Assembly: GCF_009914755.1 (NCBI RefSeq)
Contig: NC_060930.1
DNA: 64,000 bases
Direction: 5' to 3' (one strand)
DNA from: the human T2T-CHM13v2.0 reference genome, Homo sapiens
Part shown: one piece after another, positions 53,995 to 64,000 of the stretch
Layout of the letters: each line of letters begins with the position of its first letter
How positions within the stretch are numbered: position 1 is the first letter of the stretch
Notes under the pieces: model-generated
Database searches by the model: none
What the model was told of the DNA's origin: nothing
What the model saw: only the letters and a program-made list of their open reading frames with translations
Translations under genes and position numbers: made by a program

Positions 53995-56859
53995 TCAAAA
54001 AAAAAAAAAAAAAAAAAAGATTTTTGATATTAAGAAACATACATTTTAATTGAAGAGACAAATAATTAAATTAATTCCTACCATAGAGTGTGCAAAGAAA
54101 ACAGAAGTTGGAGGTTGGGTGGGTAGAGAAGGGTGATCTAAATTAAATGTGGTGTGTAAGTGTGGATATTGTGGGCATCGCTAATTTTATGTTTTTCTTA
54201 GATGAATAGACTTAAAATGAATTACATCTATGGACAGCGCATCTCATTGTACTTCATAGATTTTAATTCACAGTAATAGCACATATCTGGGTAGAGACCA
54301 AATTTAGATTAAGCGAAAAAGTCTCTACCCCACGCATTTTTTCCATTTAAATTAAGGTTAAAAATAGATTTTTTTTGCTTCTTGCCGCTAGTATGACATC
54401 AGAAAGCTATTCTCATAAGACTCACATTCATATTAACCTTAAAGATTTTGTGCCCTTGAAGAATTGCAGACTATATTATTTACCAGGCAACACTCCAAAA
54501 CAATTTCCATCTTGACAGTGATGATGCTACCTATTGTATCCAGAAAATGTGATATGTAACAATTCCAAGTAGTTATTTTATGGGCTCCCTTTATACAATA
54601 ATTCTGAAGGGAAAGCTTTGAAGTAGCATGCAACAAGAACAAGCATGGATTGGAAATGAAATATAGCCTCTCAATTAAAAGAAATCTGCCGTATATTGTG
54701 GCCAGTCACTCTTCTGATATGTTTGCTTGGTATCTTATGCACAATAATACACTGGGGTTAGTGGATTCAAGGTTAAAATTTATGGTTACTATCTAAAGGC
54801 ATATTTAAGACTATTAATGAAACTTTTATTGAATAATTTTCAACACAAAAATTACTGTAAACTTTATGTGAAATCTTTATAAATGTAACAAAAAAAAACC
54901 TTCATAAGTATTGAGGTCAAAACCAATACACTTGATTGTTTTGTTTTCAATAAGTATCTCCTGTAAAATAACTAATGAAAATTTGATTTCTCCCTGTATA
55001 TAGCGGAGAAAATAAAAATATACTAATACAATGTTCATTTTCTTTTTTTATTCATTTATTTATTTTTATCCCAAATGAAATTTTATGAACAGGTATCACA
55101 ATTAATATTAAGTGATATCCCTGACTACAGATATTTTTTCTGATCACTTAAATTCACACCAGAAAAGTTAACTGGAATATATATTAAATATTGATTTTTA
55201 AGCATTATGTTAGTACTGATTTCTAATCTGATGTAGATCAGTAGGAGCTCTACATGCAGTTTGGCTTTCATATTTCTAAGAGCATACTACATTTAATTTA
55301 AGGAGACAAGGAAAACTTAAAGTAGTTCAGCATTTCTGTTTTCCTCTAATCCCTAGAGATAAGGACAAATAATGCAAGTAAATTTAGCCGCAGTTTTAAT
55401 CAGATTTAGTCTAGAGACAGAGGACGTTTCCCTGAATGTAATTTAGAAGGATATTTGATTTGAAATATAGCCTAAAAATGTTAGATATTATTTTAAGTAC
55501 TTTTTATTAGCTGTATTTTATATACATCTATGAATAAAGAAATCAAGTCATAGAGGCAATTAAAAGCTTCTCTAGAATTATACCCCTAGTGGATAACAAA
55601 GAAAAAATATAAGCCCTATACTTAAGTTTCTAAGGTGAGTGGTCTTTCTAGTCTTTTACCCTTCCTTTCACCTCTGGTCTTTCTATTACTGACCAGGTCA
55701 GAAAACACTACTTCATGCCAAATGTTGGCATCAATATACACATCCCATATTGCCTTGTGCATGTAGAACAAATTATGCCATGGGCCATCATTTGCACTAA
55801 TAAGGTCAGTGAAAACAATGCCTTTTGAATATTGAGCCAGTTTTATACCACATACCAATCTTATGGCAAGCCTGAAGAAATTGTTTTTAAATTTATTTTA
55901 CATTCTTATTCAAAAGCGTTTTCAAATCAAACATCCTTCAGACGTCCTTTAACTATTTTGCTGGGGCTTAGGAAAAATGCAGAGCAATACACTTTCAGGT
56001 GTACACTGTACAGTATAATTTGCATACAAATGCATTTTTACTGAAAAAGATCAGGCCAGAGTTTTAAATATGTTTCTACATTGAACTTTAAGGTATCTTG
56101 TAAAGTTAAATATGATATAAAATTTGAAATTCTCTCTAGTTCTACCTACTCCATATGAAATAAGTTTGTGTTTTGCATGGTATGGAGACTGGTTTCATTG
56201 AAGCTGCTGCAGAATACTCACAGACATTAAACAACATTAACAAATCAGATCATTTAATATCTTTTTATCTTAATATCTTATGCTTAATGAAGGGCTTTCA
56301 TACCAAAATATTCATTTCTGATGGATATTCATAGTTGGAAGTCTTGACAGAATAAAAGGATTGGGAGACTTTTCCCCAATGTCACAGAAAACATTAGTCA
56401 TAAAACCTAAGTCCAGTTACAGAATTTAAGCATGTCCGTATAGCTTACTATATCAATGTATAAAAATGAAGTGAAAGGTAAGCAGATAATAATATTATAC
56501 AGGTACCCAATAAGATGAAATGCATATAGAGCGCCCTCTAAAGTATTAGAGAAGCCAGACAACCAAAGGGAAATAGAAAAGCTAAAGAGGGCTTATTCAG
56601 ATAAGATTATTTCAGGGTCAATGAAGCTGGTAAGGTATGTAAAGATAATTGAAAAGGATTTCTATTAATTCACATTTTTTAAAAATAATGACAGAACAAA
56701 AATTGTGTATGCTATTTCTTGATTAGCATGTGTTTAAGTAAATAGGCTAACTGCGGATTTAAAACATAAAAATAGATTAGATATAAATTATAAAGGACTC
56801 GGGGAAGTGGTATTTGGGGAAGACATGTTGAAAATTCATTGCATATTTATATATAACAT

Positions 56860-56985
56860 CTAAAATTCATTCATTTGGAAAATCTTTCTCAAGGATGTGT
56901 TATATGGCAGGCACTGTTCTAGGCACCAGGGATACAATAGTGTGTAAATAATACAGCCATAGGCTCTATCCTCATAATGTCTATG
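56860..56985 (-). mobile_element. L2 3' tail
   Basis: ATTCATTCATT...GGCAGGCACTGTTCTAGGCACCAGGGATACA. Confidence 0.8.
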
Positions 56986-59200
56986 ATGACTGACCTCCTA
57001 GAACATTTAAAAGATTTGCAGAAATAATTATGTGGAATTGTTTGTACATGATAAATTGATAAGGGTTCAAGTGACTAAAATTTTAACTATAAAAAGGGAA
57101 AATGATCATTCCAGTATAAAATCGATGACCTTTTTCTGTGGCCCCGTAAAATAATTATTGCCCGATTTTTGATTTAGCACTACTGTGGATCAAATATTTA
57201 TAACATCTAGGAGTATTGTTTCATAAAAATAGTATGTAAATATATAACTGAATTACTACATAATGAGGAAATTCCCATGGGCAAAAAATTACCAGGATTA
57301 TGTATTCTGATACATGAGCACAGGAATCTGCCTGCTTGGGCCATCTGCCTACACCATGTGGTCCACAGCACTGCCTTTAAAGGGCTATATGTGTAGGGGA
57401 CATAAGACAATGTCTGAAGCCTGCACAAAGCCAGAACCTCTGAAAGGAGACACATGGAATGAAACAGGGATCTAGACAAACAGCCCTACCTCGCAGAAGG
57501 AATTTTTTAAACTATTAGTAATAGCAATAACTTTTTTTTGAAAAAAAAAATACGCATCTACAGTCGATTGCTCTGGACATTGATTCTGGGTGAAAGGAAA
57601 GATCTCCCCTGATAATTCAGCACGTGATTGGTCCTCATTTGGGTTTGAGGCTAATATTCACATTCTCTTTATGGCTTGAATGATACCAAGTCAATCTTTA
57701 AGAGGTTGAACATGTTGGGAGTGCTTTCTGAGAAAATCTTAGGCAAATATCCTCTTGAAGAAAATATCTCAAATAATTACCAAAATATAAACAAGAAAAC
57801 CAGCCAACATTGGTAACAATACTTCAAAATCAGTTTGGAATAATTAGATACTTATTATAAAATATATCTGGTTAGTATATTTAAAGAAATAAAAGAGGAC
57901 AGAGTAAAGTTATGCCTGAACATAACAAATGTTCAGGTAGACAAAAAGAGAACTGTGTATAACTTTTTCTTTTCTGAAAATGAAAAATATAATAATTGAA
58001 ATTAGAACCTGAATAAATTAGCTAAACAGAAGATAATTCAAACTTGAATGAATAATCATAAACTGAGAGACAGAATTAAAAAATTAACAAAGATTGTATC
58101 ACGAAGAAAAACAGATGCAAAATAATAAAGAGAAATTAAGAATTGGAGAAATTAAAGTGAACAGGTCAAGCACTAATCTACTAAAACCTCCTGCAAACCA
58201 TGAGAGGAAGAGATTATTGAAATGAAGTACTAGGCAATACTTGAACGAGTAACAGAATTTTCCAGAACTGAAGAAAGGTAATTTTCAGCTCCCCAAAGCC
58301 TAACATATTCCAAAACAAAGTAAATTTCTAGAAATTTATACTCAGAAAGGAATAGAATATACCTTCATGATCTGACAAAAAATAACTTGAATCATATGCC
58401 TAGAAACATTTCTAAAAATGAGTGAAATAAAGTGGTTAAAGCGTGTGTGTATGTGTGTGTGTGTGTGTTTGTGTGTTTTGTCTCACAGAAGTTGAGAGAA
58501 TTTATAAACAATAGATCCTTGCTAAAGGATCTTCCAAGAACTTCAGGAAGAGAAAATATTTTTTCCCCAGAAGGGCAGTATGAGACTTTTTTAAAAAGGA
58601 ACATATAAATCTACACAAACATTGACTTTATGAAACAATAACATCATGACCCAGTGTTAAAACAAAATAGGATGAAAGTAAAACACTGGAAAAAGTATAA
58701 TTTGGGAAATGACACAAAAAAGCCATTTGTTTTTCAATGGTGTAGTAAAGACATCATAAAGACTGTTCAGTTATATGCTATACTAAATTTCAAGTATGGC
58801 CATAAAAATATGAGAAATAGTGTTTATTTAAGGTTAGCAGAGGAGGAACAATTAAATGGGGAAAAATCGACAAAAGGGGAACATATACAAATATGCCATT
58901 AATTTACTCAATGCAAATGGGCTATATCCCTCCCTTAAAAACAAATATGTTCAGAATCTATTTATAAAATTCTCTTCTCAATCTGTTTACAAATGACACA
59001 GATGAAGCATAAATAGTAGAAGTTTTCAAAGGGTAAGAAAAAAATAACATTTGACAAAAACGAAATAATTAAAACTGTGACTGCTACATTAATATAAAAA
59101 TGTACTTCAAGTAAAAAGCATTTTTGAAAATAATGGATACAAACTTCAACTCAACAGAGAGATGCACCTAATGTGTAGATTCCTTGCCCTTAATGTGTAG

Positions 59201-59202
<2 letters not shown>

Positions 59203-59242
<40 letters not shown>
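59203..59242. repeat. (GT)20 microsatellite
   Basis: Perfect GT run. Confidence 0.98.
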
Positions 59243-59244
<2 letters not shown>

Positions 59245-60187
59245 CACTTGACAGAACTTCAAGGAAAACTTAGAGAAAGATTGTAATACACCTCTCCCAT
59301 TAGTTGATATTTTAAGGAAGTGGAAATAGGAAGGGTATTACAATTTTTGTACACATTATTAACAGGTTTAATATGATATATATTTAGAGAACCCTTCACA
59401 CAAGAACTGGAAAATACAGCTTTTTTTCCAAGCACACTTGGAACATTCTAAAAATTAACTAGATACTAGGCAATAAAGAATCAAATAACTGGAATAATAT
59501 GAAACAATCTCTAATCACAATGTCTTAAAGTTGGAAATCAATGTTATGAAATAAATATAAAATCTCTATACTTGGAAATTTAAAAACACATTTCCAAATA
59601 ACTCATTTGTCAAAGAATAATTCATAATATAAATATATATTAATAAGATCATACTGAATACATAAACAATAATTAAAATACTAAAAATTATAGGATGTCT
59701 TTAAAGGGGCAGAGGAAAACTTGTAGCTTTGTTTCTATTGGAAAAAGAAGCTAAAAATTAATAAGCTCAATGTTTATTCAAAGAAGTTAGAGAAAGAAAA
59801 ACAGAATAAATACTACTGAAGTAAAAGGTAATGAAAATTAAGAGAATTTAATGAAATAGAAATAATACAGAGGATTAATAAAGGTACATCATAGTTCTTA
59901 GGGAAGATGAACTTTGGCTGCTTTGGCAAGATGGATCAAATAACATATGGAAACTTTTAAAATAATATAAAGAATAAAAACAGGTATATAACTACAAATG
60001 TTGAAGAAATCTGGAAAGATAATTAAACAATGCAAGAATAAATTGATGTCAACAAATATGAAAGCTTAGATTTCTAGAAAATTGCACATTGCTAAAATGG
60101 AAGCAATAATAATACAAAAATGACATAATTCTGTAATTATTTTAAAAAAACGGATCATTGGTTAAGAATCTTCCCAGAGCGTACAAG

Positions 60188-60639
60188 TGTAGGCGATCGG
60201 TCAGAGTCGTGGGAAAAACTACAGGGAAAGGGTGCAAACCTTCTGAAAGTTCAGAAGGTTCTGCAGAGCCCCTTGGGGGAGAACAGCTGAAGGTAGCTGT
60301 TCTGTAATTGTGAGGCAGAGGGCAAGGAGTAGGTACAAGGGAGTGTAGGGGAATTTTTCTTAAACAGGCTTGTTTTCTTATGTTGACCGGGAACTGACAT
60401 TTGATTAGCCGTGAGACATTCCCTGAAAGGGGAACAATAAATGTTAATTACCTACAGGTTGTGTTTGCTCCAGGTTTTCAGCATTGTGCCTGCACTGAAT
60501 CAAAGCAAGCAGCTCCAGCTTCTCAGGGCTGCTTTCCAGACACTAGAGCCAGGCAGTCACCTAGCTGCTCTTACACTGCATACCTGTGTCTGAGTACTCA
60601 TTTCATCTGCTGGCCAGAGTCTGTGGGACAGACTTGGCA
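60188..60639 (+). mobile_element. LTR22 solo LTR of HERV-K(HML-5)
   Basis: TGTAGGCGATCGGTCAG start; CTCTTACACTGCATACCTGTGTCTGAGTACTC and GTCTGTGGGACAGACTTGGCA end; degenerate TSD TACAAG/TATATG. Confidence 0.88.
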
Positions 60640-61313
60640 TATATGAGGCATGGTGAGTTTTATCGAAGTTAACTAAAAATTCAAAGAAGAGTTAATTTGA
60701 TAGTATACAAAAATCTTCTAGAAAATAAGAGAAAAGAAATACTTCACCACTCACTTAATATTCATCACTCTTTTAGTTTTCATTCCAAACCAGACAAGGA
60801 CACCAAGACAAAGAAAACAAACAGGTCAATTTCACTCATATGAGTAGATGCCAAACTTTTTGAGAAAAAAAAAAAAAACTGAACAATATTTTAAAAATAT
60901 AATACCGTGATTTACAAATGTACAAATAATGTGATGTTGCTTCCACATTAGAAAATCCACTATATCAATTACAAAACAGTGGGATTAAAGGAGAAAACCA
61001 TTCAAATATCTTAATAGATGCGACAGGAAAATCATAATAAAACTGCTCAAAATTAGGACTAGAGGGAAACTTTCATAATCGGATGAAGTTTATCTATACT
61101 GACCTACAGCAAATTTCATATATCAGTGAATTATTAGAACCATACTATTTAAAATCAGAAACAAGACTTAAATGTACATTGTCAATATTTCTGCTAAATA
61201 TTATTCTAGACTTTCCTAGCTATGTAGCTAAGAAATAAAAAAAAAATAAAAGGAATAAGAATTTAAAAAGAAGAAACGAAACTGTTATTGGCAGTTGATA
61301 TGATAGCCTAGAA

Positions 61314-61522
61314 CAAGGATCAGCAAACAATGGCCCACAGGCAAAAGCTAGCTCACCACCTGTTTCTGTAAATGAAGTTTTATTGGAACACAGCCATGCC
61401 ATGCTTATTCATTTGCGTATTGTCTATGGCTGCTTTCGTGCTACAATGGCACAGTTGAATAATGGCTACAGAGACCATATGGCCCCCAAAGTCTAAAATG
61501 TTTACTATCTGGCCAACCCCTG
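61314..61522 (+). mobile_element. MER58A hAT-Charlie MITE
   Basis: AAGTTTTATTGGAACACAGCCA...TATTGTCTATGGCTGCTTTC...TTTACTATCTGGCC; 8-bp TSD GCCTAGAA/AACTAGAA. Confidence 0.92.
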
Positions 61523-62079
61523 AACTAGAATTTAAAATTATTAGAATTAAAACAATTTAGGGAACTGTCAAATATGTCAATAAAACTAACTGAATTTCTT
61601 AAATATGTCATAAGCACTTAAGACATATTGATATACATATATGTATGCACATTCAGTCACAAAGTATTTCAGAAATAGTAGTGAAACTAACAGAATTACA
61701 GAAGTTATCTTTTTAAGAACACAATTAAAATTAATCAAAGAATTTGAGGAAAACTGAAATAGATGGAGTGATATAAAGACACCATACTCATGGGCAGAAA
61801 GACCAAACATGGGAAAGACTCAAGTCTCTAATATCCCCAAATTCCATTTAATTCCTATCAACTGCAACAGAGTTTCTCATGGAATTTAAAAACATATTTT
61901 TAAAATCTATATAAAAGAGGAAAGGATTAAGAATATTTAACATATTCCTGAAGAAAAAGGTTGGCAGATATTCTTCTATCAGATGACACATTACAAAATA
62001 ATATTTAAATCCAAATACTTTTGAGGTAGGAAAAACACGAATAGAAAAGATAAGGAAACACAGGCAGATGCAGATAAAT

Positions 62080-62134
62080 ATGAAAGCTTGATCTATAATG
62101 AATGCCTGAATGAAAGCTTGATCTATAATGAATG
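62080..62134. repeat. perfect 25-bp direct repeat (period 30)
   Basis: ATGAAAGCTTGATCTATAATGAATG at 62080-62104 and 62110-62134. Confidence 0.97.
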
Positions 62135-64000
62135 TAGTATTAGAGTCTCCTGAGAAAAAAGATACATTATTTAGGAAATAGTACAAGATAATTGTTTATC
62201 CATAAACATACACAAACAATTTTACATAGATTAAAACATTAATTGTGCAAAGAAATATGTAAAAATTTTAAGTAGAAAATATTTGTCACGTTTTATAAAA
62301 CTGGAGTAGGAGATTCTTTCTTTGGAAAATATAAAATGCAAAAAACGTAAATGAAAATTTGACATATTTGACACCACTAAAATTAAGAAGAGTTGTTCAG
62401 CAGTGTACCTCATAAAAATAGTGAAAGCACAAATCATGTCCATACAAATTTCCCATGTAGTCAGCCAACAATGTGTTAGTATCTAGAATATGTAAAGATG
62501 CATTCCAAAATAATAAAAATACACAAATATACTAATAGAAAAATAACCACAACAAACAAAACAAAAATGGAAAATGAACTTGTGGAAAATGTGCTTAACT
62601 CATTTGTTTTCATTTAAATGCAAATACAAATTACAGTATGTGAAACTTTACACCCACTAACTAGACTGGCAAAAGTTTAATAAATTGAAAATAGCTCAGA
62701 AGTTTTTATTTCTTGTTGAGAACATGAACTCGTACAACTACTGCAATTCAGTAGTCTCATTCCTAGATCTACACCCCGGTGGATCTCCCAAGTACACCCG
62801 GGAAACATCCACAAGAATGTTTAAAGCAGCAGTGTGTGTAGCAACAAATTCCTGGAGACGAGAAAACTGAAGGAAGAATCCCTCACAATGAATCTCCAAA
62901 GCAAACTACTGAGTGAATAAAGCAAGATGCACAGGAGTACTTAGCATGTGATTCTATAAATAAACTATCCCAAAAGATGCAAGACAAGACCTAGTCATAT
63001 TTAGGAATACATATGTACGTGGTAAAACCATGAAGAATATCAAAGGAAGGGTCAATCTGAAATGTGGTTCAATGTGTACATCTGGACAGAAGAGGGAAAT
63101 TGTGTTAATAACATTCTCTTCATTCCCTGAAGTCACTAAAAGCTGCTAACTTTGTCATTTTAATTTGTGCATGTAGGTTAACTATACTCTTTGGTATGAA
63201 TGATGTATTTTTATAATGAACACCTATAGAATATTATAGAATAAACTAGAAAAATGGTAAATAAAGAGCATCTTCCTACAAATAATTAAGCTTAAAGGTT
63301 TGATACCCAAATAAAGTTTCATCTCAAATAAAACTTCTCTACAATACAATGATTCATTTACAACCTACCAATACAGCTTAAGACCATCACTTCTCACCTC
63401 CATGGCCAGGCACACACACATACATGTGGTCACTAACAATTTTTGATAGCTGAGGGCTTTGATGTGGCATTCAGCTTCTAGATTTTACATAGTGTAGGGT
63501 AAAAAAGAAGAAAAACAAATACCACCACATACCATTTGTAATTCTTTGTTTTTCAGAGTCACGTTGGAAAATGTGCTGTATCCATTAACCTTTTTGCAAA
63601 GAGCAGGAGGAAAGCTAGTTAACATTTGACAGCTTCGCAGAGTCTATTGACTTCTAATGAAAAATATACTGCTACCTCTATTTTCTGTATACTTGTCAGT
63701 TGCAGAGCATTTGTTACAAGAAGAGCCATTACCATTACTGTGTTTTACTTCTCCAATCCCCCATATTCTGCCCGTAAATATAAATTGAGGGTGATCTTAA
63801 CTTATTACCATATTAATTTTAATTTTCTCATTCAGTAATCCCATATTAACCATTTGCTTGTTAATGGTTTATTCTGTACATAATAAATGAATTTTACAGT
63901 TCTTGTAAATAGTACTTGATAGTGACTCTCTAGGATAGCTCAGAGTTAACTATCCTGCCTTTAAACACTAAGCAAGAAAAGGCTAATAGAAACAACAGTC

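Larger units (their letters stand above)
57400..63215 (+). mobile_element. ancient L1ME-like element, long and heavily decayed
   Basis: A-rich sense strand; ORF1-like GAATTTTCCAGAACTGAAG; ORF2-like CCAAACCAGACAAGGAC, AAAATCAGAAACAAGAC, ATACTCATGGGCAGAAAGACC, CACAAGAATGTTTAAAGCAGC; interrupted by LTR22 and MER58A. Confidence 0.8.

Noticed and set aside
54221-54242. REST-like GGACAGCGC
   Set aside because: Right half-site only; the left half TTCAGCACC is absent
61848-62186. 112-aa ORF containing repeated FIIDQAFI
   Set aside because: Antisense of an A-rich old L1; the peptide repeat is only the 30-bp-period DNA duplication

Overview
AT-rich primate (human-like) non-coding genomic DNA, either intergenic or deep intronic. 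I find no credible protein-coding exon, RNA gene or CpG island. The listed ORFs are Alu-antisense, L1 ORF2 remnant, low-complexity or chance ORFs. Much of the window is interspersed repeats: 8 Alus (J, S, Y), young and old L1 fragments including a long decayed L1ME-like copy at about 57.4-63.2 kb, L2/L3/MIR relics, MaLR/ERVL/HERV-K(HML-5) solo LTRs, hAT MER elements, and microsatellites. Family assignments come from my recall of consensus sequences, not a RepeatMasker run, so subfamilies and the edges of old elements are approximate. The best-supported unusual observations are DNA-repair and retrotransposition scars visible directly in the sequence. (1) A ~235-bp templated insertion inside an L1PA16-like 3'UTR consists of a short fold-back plus an inverted copy of unique DNA at 41042-41223. 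(2) A ~104-bp twin-primed L1 insertion carries a 14-nt inverted ORF2 piece and a perfect 10-bp target-site duplication (TSD). Several motif-dense or CpG-retaining unique segments are candidate enhancers, by inference only. I see no evidence for a new multi-gene system.
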